DNA of 64,000 nucleotides from an uncultured Gammaproteobacteria bacterium (GCA_964597575.1 CAZQXB010000001.1:594511-658510); one strand, 5' to 3'. Positions 41,918 to 51,192 are shown, counted from the first letter of the stretch. The notes: generated by a model not told the origin, from the letters alone. Numbers and translations: made by a program.

Positions 41918-44434
41918 CTAAGCAGCTATGGCGATTGGTGTCTGCGGTACAGAGTGTTGAAGAATACTCCTCACATTTCCTTCAATCACCTCTTCCAATT
42001 CACTTGGATTATACCCACGAACGCGACCGAGAAGAGACTCTACTTGACCCCGAGTTCTCGCCGTAATTTCTTTTTTAAATTCTTCGCCAATTTTTTCTTT
42101 CCCTTGTGGCACCATCTCTGGTTTCAAAGTAGCGCCGTCGGTTTGTTTTGCAACATCGCGTACATATGTTCTTTCTTCAAAGCCTTTTTGGTCGGGCGTT
42201 TCTTTTCTCTCTAGCCCAATTTTTTCAGTAGTTTCAAACTTCAACGACACCCCTTCACTTGTGGTTTTTTCAGGAACCGTATGATTCGTGTCTAATTGGT
42301 CTATGTTTTTTTCGGCAACCACAACCTCTTTTACAACAGTTTCTTGTCTTAAAGATACAGAAGGTGAAAACAGCACCGCAGGTTCCGAGGTGGCGGTTCT
42401 TTCCTTATCCGTATTATTCACGATTTCTACTATGCCCACATCTTCCAAAGAAGGCGTTTCAGAAAATTCGACCATCTTTGTAACAGGAATAACTTGAGCT
42501 TTTTCCACAATATCCTTTTCAGTTGCTTCAACTACTTGAGCTACAAACACCTCTTCCATCACGAACACTCCTTCAGAATTATTTTCATAATCCTGAACTT
42601 GGCCAGACTCTTTCTCCACTATTGCTATACCAGATACATCGTCAACAATGGGCAGGTAAGTTTCTTTTCCCACTCCTAGCACCCCAGAAAGAGTAGTGGG
42701 AAGGGAAACAGGAGCCACACTCTCAATATCGGTATCAGTAATTGCCTGCTCCACGAGCCCAATACCAGTTTCCTGCCATACCGCTTGCGCAGTTTCAGCA
42801 AAAGTTTCTTCCTCCGCTACTAAATTTTCTTTTCTCTCAGATACTGTCGTTTCTGTAACAGAAAAAGGGGTAGATTCGATAGAAGCTGAAGAGTTATCTA
42901 CCTCAACCATCGGGAAAACTTCCGTGTCAAAAATAAGTGTTATCGCTTCTGGGGTAGGAGTTGCAGTATTACTTTCTCTCTTAAAATCCGTGACGCGCTC
43001 ATCCCTCTCTACAACTTCCGTATCTCCCTTTTCATGGAAAGAAAAAGTCTCTTCAAAAGAAGTGTCGGCAACCACAATAGACTCTGGGGCAAAATTTTCT
43101 CTTTCGCCCACTGTCATTTTTTTAATATGAAGAGAATTTTCACCTTCTTCAGAACTTGATGCACTTTTTTCTATGTCATCTCTCAGAATAGGGGCCACAT
43201 CTACATAGTGAGAAAAAGAAGACATCTCTGACTCTCCTACCAGACCACGCGAAACATCATATGTTTCTAACTCAATACCAGAAGAGACTTTTATCTCTTT
43301 TGTTTGGAAAGAGGGATCTTCCGGAGTTTGAACTTCTAAAAAAACAGGAACACCTTCTGAAATCTCAAAAGATTGACCTTCCTTTTCAAGGGTAATGCCG
43401 AGCAGCTCCCCCTCTGTTTCATAAACATGCTGAATAACTTCACTGCGTGGGGCATGAACTTGCCGTGCAACATCTCCTAATTCTAGAATCTGAGGAATGA
43501 GTTCATGATTCTCCTCTACAGAAGCCGCCTCGTCTACACCTTCTTGTTCTAATGAAGGGGTGGTAAAAATTTCTTTAGGTAACATTATCGGCGACACCTC
43601 ACCTAAAAAAGGTTGCTCAAATTTTTCAGTTTCAAAAACATGAGATTCTTCAGGCGCAGCAAACATCCGATCAAACCAGGAGTTCTGTTCCTCCGTAGTC
43701 TCTAGATTACCATTCTCGGGTAAGGACAGTTCCACACCCGTGGCGATTACGCCAGATACATCATGGTGCTCTAAAGATTCCTGCCAGATAGGGGTTAAGT
43801 TAAGTTCAATGCCCTGCGTACTTAAATCAACCACCGTTCCATCACCCTCTTCATCAAGCTCGCCATCATTCGCTACCCTCTCCGCAGACACAGGGACATC
43901 ACGAGTAAATCCATACATTGCAATCTTACCATCAGCAGTCACCCACATTTTTGATATATGCCACACCTCTTTATCACCTTTTTGTTCGACATGCTTTCCA
44001 ATATGCTCTGATCTCGGACCCTCCTGAAGGGCCCCCCGCATTCGTTCGTGGTACGCAATCTCCTCGGCTGTACCGGTCTCATGCACACCCTTGGTAACAT
44101 CGTGCTGTGTTCTTGGTACGAATAAATGCCCGGTAGTTGCATCAAACTCCATTTGTCCCACATTGTCAGAAAATTCTACACTCCACTCAGACATCTCCCC
44201 ACCAAACATCGTTCGAATTTCCTCTAAAGCAGATTCCTGAGTGGGAGGAGTATACTCCTCAGAGACGCTAGCTGGCTCTCGTTCATTCTGCAAAGCCAGC
44301 TCTCCAGAATCAGGGGATGCTGGAGGAAGCTCAACTGAATTTGGCGCGCGAAAAGGACTACCCTCACTAGAATTGGGAAATTGATCTTCTTCAGGCTCTT
44401 TTTCAATTCTCTGTTGTCCGTGGAGTTCTCGCAT
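41918..44434 (-). CDS. 838-aa highly acidic, largely low-complexity hypothetical protein ending PIAIAA
   Basis: Uninterrupted ORF directly downstream of the riboswitch; Glu/Val/Thr/Ser-rich; no signal peptide or TM. Confidence 0.8.
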   Translation of the reverse strand: MRELHGQQRIEKEPEEDQFPNSSEGSPFRAPNSVELPPASPDSGELALQNEREPASVSEEYTPPTQESALEEIRTMFGGEMSEWSVEFSDNVGQMEFDATTGHLFVPRTQHDVTKGVHETGTAEEIAYHERMRGALQEGPRSEHIGKHVEQKGDKEVWHISKMWVTADGKIAMYGFTRDVPVSAERVANDGELDEEGDGTVVDLSTQGIELNLTPIWQESLEHHDVSGVIATGVELSLPENGNLETTEEQNSWFDRMFAAPEESHVFETEKFEQPFLGEVSPIMLPKEIFTTPSLEQEGVDEAASVEENHELIPQILELGDVARQVHAPRSEVIQHVYETEGELLGITLEKEGQSFEISEGVPVFLEVQTPEDPSFQTKEIKVSSGIELETYDVSRGLVGESEMSSFSHYVDVAPILRDDIEKSASSSEEGENSLHIKKMTVGERENFAPESIVVADTSFEETFSFHEKGDTEVVERDERVTDFKRESNTATPTPEAITLIFDTEVFPMVEVDNSSASIESTPFSVTETTVSERKENLVAEEETFAETAQAVWQETGIGLVEQAITDTDIESVAPVSLPTTLSGVLGVGKETYLPIVDDVSGIAIVEKESGQVQDYENNSEGVFVMEEVFVAQVVEATEKDIVEKAQVIPVTKMVEFSETPSLEDVGIVEIVNNTDKERTATSEPAVLFSPSVSLRQETVVKEVVVAEKNIDQLDTNHTVPEKTTSEGVSLKFETTEKIGLERKETPDQKGFEERTYVRDVAKQTDGATLKPEMVPQGKEKIGEEFKKEITARTRGQVESLLGRVRGYNPSELEEVIEGNVRSILQHSVPQTPIAIAA

Positions 44435-44440
44435 AATTAA

Positions 44441-44596
44441 AAACGCACCTCTCCCGAGGTGGTCAAAAAATATACTGAGATAGATATTTCCTGCTCGGGA
44501 TGTCTACACTATTTGGCGATCTGACTCCTTTAGGCTGCCCTAAAGATTACAGTTGCGGCACAGTACCGGAATTTCACCGGACTTCCCCAAATAGCT
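44441..44596 (-). ncRNA. cobalamin riboswitch (compact, class II-like) with expression platform
   Basis: Minus strand CTATTTGG-GGAAGT-CCGG-TGAAATT-CCGG-TACTGTGCCGCAACTGTAA-TCTTTAGG-GCAG-CCTAAAG-GAGTCAGATCG-CCAAATAG: closing stem, GGGAA, T-loop, GCAACTG, B12-box-like AGTCAG; P13-like TCC-CGAGCA-GGA; downstream CACCTC-GGGA-GAGGTG hairpin plus T-tract. Confidence 0.88.
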
Positions 44597-44612
44597 GCTC
44601 AATTGTGTGTCC

Positions 44613-44641
44613 ATTGTATCTCGCGCATCGAGCGGTGTCAA
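44613..44641 (-). promoter_or_regulatory. sigma70-type promoter driving the riboswitch leader
   Basis: TTGACA(44641-636)-17-TACAAT(44618-613). Confidence 0.8.
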
Positions 44642-44705
44642 ACGTCCAAATATCACAAAAAAATATTCACTACTGCGTACACTAAAATGGTTATCCACAC
44701 CGTAT

Positions 44706-44736
44706 TTGACTCTCACGTTACGTCATAGTTTACTAT
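44706..44736 (+). promoter_or_regulatory. MerR-type promoter/operator (19-bp spacer with dyad)
   Basis: TTGACT-19-TACTAT with central ACGT-t-ACGT dyad, as in Mta/TipA-type operators. Confidence 0.82.
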
Positions 44737-44761
44737 AGATCTTAGGAAGAATCTTCCCTCT

Positions 44762-45511
44762 ATGAGTTATACGGTTAACCAGTTAGCGCAACTCGCACAC
44801 ATTAGCGTGCGGACACTTCATTACTATGATGAAATTGGGCTTCTCGAACCCTCTTCTGTCATGAAAAATGGATACCGCTCCTATGAGGAAAAAGAACTTA
44901 TCCGCCTGCAGCAGATACTCTTTTTTCGCGAGCTCGAGTTTACGCTCGAAGATATTAAGCGCATGCTCAACCGCCCCAATTTTAGTGTGGTCGAGGCGCT
45001 TCGAGACCAAAAAAAACTCATGCAGTTAAAACAGAATCGCCTCACGAACCTCGTGAAGACGATTGATAAAACGATTCGCACTATGACGAAGAATCAAAAA
45101 ATGAATGATGAGGAAATGTACGATGCATTCAAAGATGAAGATGTGAAACAGTATCAGGAAGAAGTGAGAGAGCGTTGGGGAAATACAGAGGCGTACAAAC
45201 AAAGCCAGGCCAAAGTGAGCAAAATGACAAAAAAAGAAATGGACAAGCTAAAAGAAGATGGAAAGAAGTTTACCGAAGAGCTTGCAAAGGCCATGGATAA
45301 GCCAATCGATAGTAAAGAAGTACAGGCGCTTATCCAAAAACACTACGATGGGGTAAACCTTTTTTACACGTGCGATCTTCAGATGTATCGAAACCTTGCT
45401 CAAATGTATGTCGACGATCCACGATTCACGGCCTATTACGATAAATTCCGCCCAGGTCTTGCCGTATTTGTTCGGGATGCGATCTTTCATTACATTGATG
45501 CAAAAAAGTAA
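44762..45511 (+). CDS. MerR-family regulator with TipAS antibiotic-recognition domain (Mta/TipA-like)
   Basis: SVRTLHYYDEIGLL..NGYRSY; YQEEVRERWG; LAQMYVDDPRFTAYYD..PGLA. Confidence 0.93.
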   Translation: MSYTVNQLAQLAHISVRTLHYYDEIGLLEPSSVMKNGYRSYEEKELIRLQQILFFRELEFTLEDIKRMLNRPNFSVVEALRDQKKLMQLKQNRLTNLVKTIDKTIRTMTKNQKMNDEEMYDAFKDEDVKQYQEEVRERWGNTEAYKQSQAKVSKMTKKEMDKLKEDGKKFTEELAKAMDKPIDSKEVQALIQKHYDGVNLFYTCDLQMYRNLAQMYVDDPRFTAYYDKFRPGLAVFVRDAIFHYIDAKK

Positions 45512-45518
45512 TTGGTTT

Positions 45519-45552
45519 AAATAACACACCCGGATGAGGGTGTGTTATTTTT
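45519..45552. terminator. bidirectional intrinsic terminator
   Basis: AAATAACACACCC-ggatga-GGGTGTGTTATTT. Confidence 0.85.
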
Positions 45553-45570
45553 ACTCCATGTTTCACTTAA

Positions 45571-45990
45571 TTAAAATACCGTGCGTTCAAAAATAAGACC
45601 GGCAACGAGAAGTGAAATAAGTTGGTACCCAGTCATAATCAAAAACTTTTGCCACTTCCCTCTTTTGGAAAGATTATCCCAGAGTACTGCACTCGCTTGT
45701 ATCGGCATAATAAAACCAAACCAAATGGCAAATGCAGTAACTGGTCCCCGTACAAGGCCACGCGAAACGGCATACGCGAGAGCCGTATTAATAAGGAGTG
45801 ACAGCAAAAATTGAATAATGTAGAGCACCTGAGCATCTTTCTGCATGGCTTTCAATTCAGTCTCACTTTTTCCGGCCACGCCCATAAACTCCATCCATTT
45901 CTTTCCAAAAAGAAACGGGCCGTACCACAACATACCAAGGCCCATTTGAATGATCGCCACGACGAATATTGAAATGAAAGGAATGTCCAT
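45571..45990 (-). CDS. DUF1761 family membrane protein
   Basis: LGMLWYGPFLFGKKWM, WFGF..P, GYQL. Confidence 0.85.
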   Translation of the reverse strand: MDIPFISIFVVAIIQMGLGMLWYGPFLFGKKWMEFMGVAGKSETELKAMQKDAQVLYIIQFLLSLLINTALAYAVSRGLVRGPVTAFAIWFGFIMPIQASAVLWDNLSKRGKWQKFLIMTGYQLISLLVAGLIFERTVF

Positions 45991-46006
45991 AAAAAATAAT
46001 ATAATT

Positions 46007-46681
46007 CTATTGTCGCACATCCGAAACAATCTTTCCGTCACGAAGAGTTACCACCCGTTTTGCTTTTTTTGCATACTCTTCTTCATGAGTAACCATCACA
46101 ATCGTCTGACCACTTTTATGAAGCTCAAGGAAAGCATCCATCACCACCCGGGAATTTTCTGAATCAAGGTTCGCCGTAGGTTCATCCGCAAAAAGCACAC
46201 GGGGTTCGTGGGCGATAGCACGAGCAATTGAAACACGTTGTTGTTGCCCACCAGAAAGCTGACTCGGCAAATTCTTTTTCTTTTCCAAAAGTCCGATGCG
46301 AGCTAATGCTTTTTCTGCCTTTTGATACGCTTCTTTTTTCTGCATTCCCTGCATAAGCATAGGTAGCCCTACATTTTCTAAAGCGGTAAGTTCAGGAAGA
46401 AGTGCGTAGTCTTGAAACACAAACCCCATTTTGTTCAAACGCACATACGTTTTTTCTGTTTGATTCATCTGATGCGTCGGCTCTTTATCAAAAAAAACCT
46501 CTCCATCTGTCGGCTCATCGAGAAGAGAGAGTTGATAGAGCAGTGTGGATTTTCCAGCGCCAGATGGCCCAATGATCGCCACAAATTCTGCGTCATCAAT
46601 CCGAAGCGACACTTCTTTTAGAACCGTAATCGCGGTATCCCCCTCTCCAAATCGTTTTACGAGTTTTTCAGCAACAATCAT
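46007..46681 (-). CDS. ABC transporter ATP-binding protein (LolD/MacB-like)
   Basis: GPSGAGKST, GFVFQ, LSGGQQQRV, ADEPTANLD, VTH. Confidence 0.94.
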   Translation of the reverse strand: MIVAEKLVKRFGEGDTAITVLKEVSLRIDDAEFVAIIGPSGAGKSTLLYQLSLLDEPTDGEVFFDKEPTHQMNQTEKTYVRLNKMGFVFQDYALLPELTALENVGLPMLMQGMQKKEAYQKAEKALARIGLLEKKKNLPSQLSGGQQQRVSIARAIAHEPRVLFADEPTANLDSENSRVVMDAFLELHKSGQTIVMVTHEEEYAKKAKRVVTLRDGKIVSDVRQ

Positions 46682-46682
46682 A

Positions 46683-47981
46683 TTAGCGTCCTAAAATAGC
46701 ATCAAGGGTGTTTTTCCGTACGATCATTTTTGCAGGAATGTACCCGGCTAAAAGCGAAACGGTCAGCAAGATAATAATACGAATTGTTGCTCCCATTGGC
46801 GTTACTACTAAAATTCCATCGGAAAATGGGAAGTTGATCGGATTTGCATTGAAAAACGGTTTAAGGAATCCAAAGGTGAACAAGGCGCCAATGGCTGAAC
46901 CCACAGCACCGTAAAAAAATGCCTGAAGCACATACGAAAATTCAATAGCAAGGGGGCTAATACCAACACCTTTCATAATCCCAATGAATTTCCGTTTGGT
47001 TACGGCATTAATAAAGATCACAATAAAAATCGTAATTGTTGCCACAACAAGAGCGATCGACGACAATGCATTTCCAAGCACACCCATGGTTGTTTCAATA
47101 TCCCGAAGAAACGAGGGAATAGCTTCTTGATACGTCTGTACGCGCGGCCCTGATACTCCAGTAAACTCCTTTACATCAGCCACGACCTGTTCGGCATACC
47201 CTTTATCCGTTTGAATGGCAATTTCCTGTATTTCCATTTTTCGAACCGGCAGAAGCCGTCGCACCTCGCTATCGAGCACAAAAGCACGCGTAGAAATCTC
47301 ATCGACTTTACTTTTCACAATCCCGCGCACAATAAACTCTTTTGTAGCCTGTCCTCCGTCTTCTTGGGCAATGGTTAATCGCACGCGAGTGCCCACGTCA
47401 ACATCTTCAAGCAAGTTAAGCCCTGGGATATTGGCATCAGCAAACGAAGAATATTTTTTAAGCATGTTTGCACCAATAAGCATCCCCTGTGCATCGCCAG
47501 GTTGGAGCGTTTCCCCACGGATAATAAAGCGCGAGAAACCGGTCAGCGCTTCTTCTTGAGTAGGGTCAAAGCCAGAAATTGCGATACCTGCTTCATTTGG
47601 TTTTTCTTCCTTTTTTGGCAACCGGTCAAGAGTTCCCAAAATTTGTCCTGCCACCACGTAACGAGGTGAAATCTTTTGAACATGTTCGTGGCCCTCTAAG
47701 TACGAAATAAGCGCATGAGAATTTGGAATGTAGGTGCGTCCCTCTGCAGTAGTAACAATTGCGTCTCCGCTGTAATTATCACGAAACTGAATGAATGACC
47801 CACTAATAAGCCCGAGCAAGAGCCCAGACACGACCACCAGGTTCAAGAAGGTAAGGACCATGATCGAAATAATCAGAAAAGTGGTCCACTTATTCGAACG
47901 GCGAAGCTGGCGGAGGGCCAAAAACCAACCCACTCGAACGGTGTTATATAGTTCCTTCTTTTTGAGCTGAATTTTAGTCAT
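46683..47981 (-). CDS. ABC transporter permease (FtsX/MacB-like)
   Basis: 1+3 TM topology with large extracytoplasmic domain, IGIMKGVG, GYIPAK. Confidence 0.88.
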   Translation of the reverse strand: MTKIQLKKKELYNTVRVGWFLALRQLRRSNKWTTFLIISIMVLTFLNLVVVSGLLLGLISGSFIQFRDNYSGDAIVTTAEGRTYIPNSHALISYLEGHEHVQKISPRYVVAGQILGTLDRLPKKEEKPNEAGIAISGFDPTQEEALTGFSRFIIRGETLQPGDAQGMLIGANMLKKYSSFADANIPGLNLLEDVDVGTRVRLTIAQEDGGQATKEFIVRGIVKSKVDEISTRAFVLDSEVRRLLPVRKMEIQEIAIQTDKGYAEQVVADVKEFTGVSGPRVQTYQEAIPSFLRDIETTMGVLGNALSSIALVVATITIFIVIFINAVTKRKFIGIMKGVGISPLAIEFSYVLQAFFYGAVGSAIGALFTFGFLKPFFNANPINFPFSDGILVVTPMGATIRIIILLTVSLLAGYIPAKMIVRKNTLDAILGR

Positions 47982-48043
47982 AGATATGTGCCACACTGTA
48001 CCATGCTGCGTAGAGAAAATCAACTTGATTTTAAACTTACAGA

Positions 48044-48072
48044 TTGACAGGAGTCTCAAAAAATGCTACTAT
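48044..48072 (+). promoter_or_regulatory. sigma70-type promoter of orphan gene
   Basis: TTGACA-17-TACTAT with TG extended -10. Confidence 0.75.
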
Positions 48073-48086
48073 TTCTGCTCAAGAAA

Positions 48087-48371
48087 ATGCCAACACAATC
48101 ACGGTTTAGCACCATCAGAGGTGCCCCATACACACCGCGCCCAGGAGATCGGATTCTCTGGGACAAAAGAAACCATGTCATCACAGTTCGTCCGGAAGGC
48201 TCGTCAGCTGCGGTTCTCGTGGACGGGAAGATGACTGTTTCGACCAAGGGAATTACCGGAACCGCAGCCATGAAGCTTATCGAGGAGCTTGCAAAGGCGA
48301 GCGGCAACGGCGTGCGGTTCGCACAGGAGGAGTACCTTACCGAAATCTACGAACTGCGCTCAAGCCCCTGA
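48087..48371 (+). CDS. orphan small protein (~94 aa), GC-rich
   Basis: ATG just after the promoter; GC-rich 3' hairpin CTCAGGC-CCGACC/GGTCGG-GCCTGAG follows the stop. Confidence 0.55.
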   Translation: MPTQSRFSTIRGAPYTPRPGDRILWDKRNHVITVRPEGSSAAVLVDGKMTVSTKGITGTAAMKLIEELAKASGNGVRFAQEEYLTEIYELRSSP

Positions 48372-48436
48372 ACGCTCTCCCTCAGGCCCGACCCTCGATT
48401 GGTCGGCGCCTGAGGACCCTATACCAAGCCAATATT

Positions 48437-48901
48437 TTAAACCCCTTTGGGGCTTTTTTCATTTATATGACGTTCAAACGAATACTGCCCTGCAAATTTT
48501 TTCACAGTCATATACACATTCTCTTTCAGCGCCTCCTCTTTCGTAAAAAATCGAGTTTCAACACACTCAGATGAAGGTGTAATGACCATGTCCGCTACAG
48601 TCGTGAGGTAGAACACATTTACCACCCACCGACCGGAATTTGGTGAACGCCCCGTAATAAAATAAAGGGGGAAATCCCCAACTGAAGTAACCACTAACCC
48701 CATTTCTTCTTTTACTTCTCGCACCAATCCTTCTGCAGGACTCTCACCAAAATCTAATCCTCCACCCGGAAAGTCCCACAATCCACTCTCTTCTTTACAG
48801 AGCAAAAAACGCCCTTCAGAATCTAAAATGAGAGCTTTGACACTCACCCGGTAAAAACAATTGGGGATATTCTCGTGTTCAAACATATTTTGCATGTACA
48901 C
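48437..48901 (-). CDS. NUDIX hydrolase
   Basis: Nudix box GGGLDFGESPAEGLVREVKEEMG. Confidence 0.92.
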   Translation of the reverse strand: MYMQNMFEHENIPNCFYRVSVKALILDSEGRFLLCKEESGLWDFPGGGLDFGESPAEGLVREVKEEMGLVVTSVGDFPLYFITGRSPNSGRWVVNVFYLTTVADMVITPSSECVETRFFTKEEALKENVYMTVKKFAGQYSFERHINEKSPKGV

Positions 48902-48926
48902 CTCCTAAGGTGTAACTAGAAAATTG

Positions 48927-49856
48927 TTAAGCTGATTCTAATACACTTTTCAAAAGAGGTACAATTTGCTTGCGCATAAGTACATTAGCCCTCACTGCTA
49001 CAGATTCTTGAAATGACACTTCCAATACCTGCTCAAGAAGAACTCTCGTTTTTTCATCTGGAGAGACAAAATAATTTTTACTCTCTTCAAGTTCAATCGT
49101 ATTTTGAAATATATAATCAAGTTTTTCCTTCTGCTGAATCTCTTGAAGAATTTGCACAATCTCTTCCCCTCTTTCCTCAATAAGCACCTTTGCACCAATC
49201 ATTTCAATCTGGGCAATTCCCATCTTTTTCTCCCCACAAGTAAATAGGACAAAATCCCCTTCAATTCGTTCTTTTAATTTTCCTCCTGGCATGTCTGACT
49301 TAGCTAGAAACAATTCTTTCCAGAAGTCTTCACCTAACTGGGCAATAGAGTTTAGCCGTGCAAATGCATTTCTATCACGATCCGTAGTTACCGTTGCTTT
49401 AAAATTCAATGTATTTGAAATAATAGCACCACAGATAAGAACGGCTGATTCTCGCGACATTTCAATCTGCTTATCAAAAAATCTCTCCGCAATAAGTGTT
49501 GCGGCCGACCCCACTAACTCTACCTGCACCCGGGCATTCGGAAAGGCATCAGCTCGATGCACTTTTCTGTGATCAATGACCTCAATCACTTTACCTAGTT
49601 CAATATGCCCATGCAGTGCCTGCGGTTCACTGGTATCAACTAAAACCACCTCATCATAGTCACTACTATCACTAACCACACTCGGAAAAGGGATATTGAA
49701 TCGTTTCAAAACATATTCCGCCTCTTCGTGTGGTTGACCCAAAATACCAACCGTTGCGAGTCGTTCAGTTTTCTGTAGAAACTCAGCATATGCAACGATT
49801 CCAGCCACCCCATCAAGATCTGGATTTACGTAACTTGTAATTAAAATGGGTTTCAT
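48927..49856 (-). CDS. ppaC: Mn-dependent inorganic pyrophosphatase (family II, DHH/DHHA2)
   Basis: NPDLD, LVD, IDHR (DHH variant), VGSAATLI, IISNTLNFK..TT..D, RKQIVP. Confidence 0.85.
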   Translation of the reverse strand: MKPILITSYVNPDLDGVAGIVAYAEFLQKTERLATVGILGQPHEEAEYVLKRFNIPFPSVVSDSSDYDEVVLVDTSEPQALHGHIELGKVIEVIDHRKVHRADAFPNARVQVELVGSAATLIAERFFDKQIEMSRESAVLICGAIISNTLNFKATVTTDRDRNAFARLNSIAQLGEDFWKELFLAKSDMPGGKLKERIEGDFVLFTCGEKKMGIAQIEMIGAKVLIEERGEEIVQILQEIQQKEKLDYIFQNTIELEESKNYFVSPDEKTRVLLEQVLEVSFQESVAVRANVLMRKQIVPLLKSVLESA

Positions 49857-49863
49857 ATAATGA

Positions 49864-50109
49864 TCATCTCAGAGCACATAGCAATTCCTTCTCTCCCTTG
49901 GTGAGCTGCTTTATGCGATACTCTTCCTTTTGAGCTAAAGAACGCGTACGAAATTTCTTACTATATACTAAACTGACGGGCAGTCGAGAGCGGGTATACC
50001 GAGCCCCTTTATTTCCAAAACTATGCTCCCTGATTCGACGAGGTATATTTGTCGTAATTCCTGTATATAAAGAATTATCAGCACAACGCAGTATATACAA
50101 AAAATACAT
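49864..50109 (-). CDS. GIY-YIG nuclease family protein (YazA/YhbQ-like)
   Basis: YILRCADNSLYTGIT..RR..H...GARYTR..LPV. Confidence 0.92.
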   Translation of the reverse strand: MYFLYILRCADNSLYTGITTNIPRRIREHSFGNKGARYTRSRLPVSLVYSKKFRTRSLAQKEEYRIKQLTKGEKELLCALR

Positions 50110-50122
50110 AGAGCAAGTATTT

Positions 50123-51094
50123 TTACTCTAAATTTTCAAGGTCTTTTCGAAAAGAAGGAAGTTTTTCTAACTCAAGAATTTTATGAAGAATAATCGCAAC
50201 ACCCTGCTCTGACTGTTCCAGATAGGCGTGCATCCGTTCTGCGCTCTCTTTTTCTTCTGCATCAAAAACCCCTTGTTCACGCATACCCTGTATCTCTTCT
50301 CGCACGCCTTGCATATAAGTTCTCGACTCTTCTTCAACCGCTTTTGCAATTCTCCGAGCATTGGCAATTGCCGCCTTATTAAAGCCTAAACTCTGAATTA
50401 CATTCCGCTCAGCTTCGGCTCCTAACCGAGAAGGTAGACCGTCAACAAATTCTCGCATTGATCCTTCTGATAACCGACCACCCTCGTCTTTGTTTTTCGC
50501 GCCCGTAGGTTCTACCACCGCAAGCTCACCTAAAACTCTTTGCATTTGAGGATCATCTGCATCATAAGCAACCGCAAGGTCTTTCCGAATGGTTGAAAGG
50601 AACTCTGCATCAAGCTCTTGAAGAACTGCGTCTTCCGAACGACCAGATTGGACTTTCAAAAAGAAGACGGTACGGATTCTCGCCACCAACTCTTTCAGAG
50701 ATAGTTCAGCATGTGTTTCTTCGTCAAAATACTCTTCATGGTCTGGGTCGAGTTCTTCTTTTTTCCGGGTATAAAAATCACCGAACTGTTCTTCCAAAAC
50801 AAAAGAGCTATCGTCATCAAAGCCGTAGTGTGCAAATACTGCCTCAAGATTCCTTGTGAGCACTCTGGAGTTTTCATTCGCGATGAACTCACTCGAGCTT
50901 GCATCAAAACTGCCAATATACTCTCGTACCTGAGCTCTCTCATTTTCAGAAAGTTTCCCATTAAAAAATTTCTGAATTCGATCCATGACCTGGTCTTCGA
51001 ATTCTTTATACAACAACTCAACCTGTACTCTTTCTTGCGCCTTTTCCTGCTCTTCAGTTCCAAACCAACCACCTCTCCCAGTCTCTCGTGACAT
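50123..51094 (-). CDS. hypothetical acidic helical protein
   Basis: 323-aa ORF co-oriented with neighbours; no family recognised. Confidence 0.72.
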   Translation of the reverse strand: MSRETGRGGWFGTEEQEKAQERVQVELLYKEFEDQVMDRIQKFFNGKLSENERAQVREYIGSFDASSSEFIANENSRVLTRNLEAVFAHYGFDDDSSFVLEEQFGDFYTRKKEELDPDHEEYFDEETHAELSLKELVARIRTVFFLKVQSGRSEDAVLQELDAEFLSTIRKDLAVAYDADDPQMQRVLGELAVVEPTGAKNKDEGGRLSEGSMREFVDGLPSRLGAEAERNVIQSLGFNKAAIANARRIAKAVEEESRTYMQGVREEIQGMREQGVFDAEEKESAERMHAYLEQSEQGVAIILHKILELEKLPSFRKDLENLE

Positions 51095-51192
51095 ATACGA
51101 CAGATGCTATAATTACAAAATACTTTTTAGAAATGTATTAATATAGTCTACCCCACCATCTCCTTTTAGCACAATATCAAATTTGGAGATGC

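Noticed and set aside
44691-44699. DnaA box TTATCCACA suggesting oriC
   Set aside because: Only one box noticed, with no cluster, unwinding element or dnaA/dnaN nearby.
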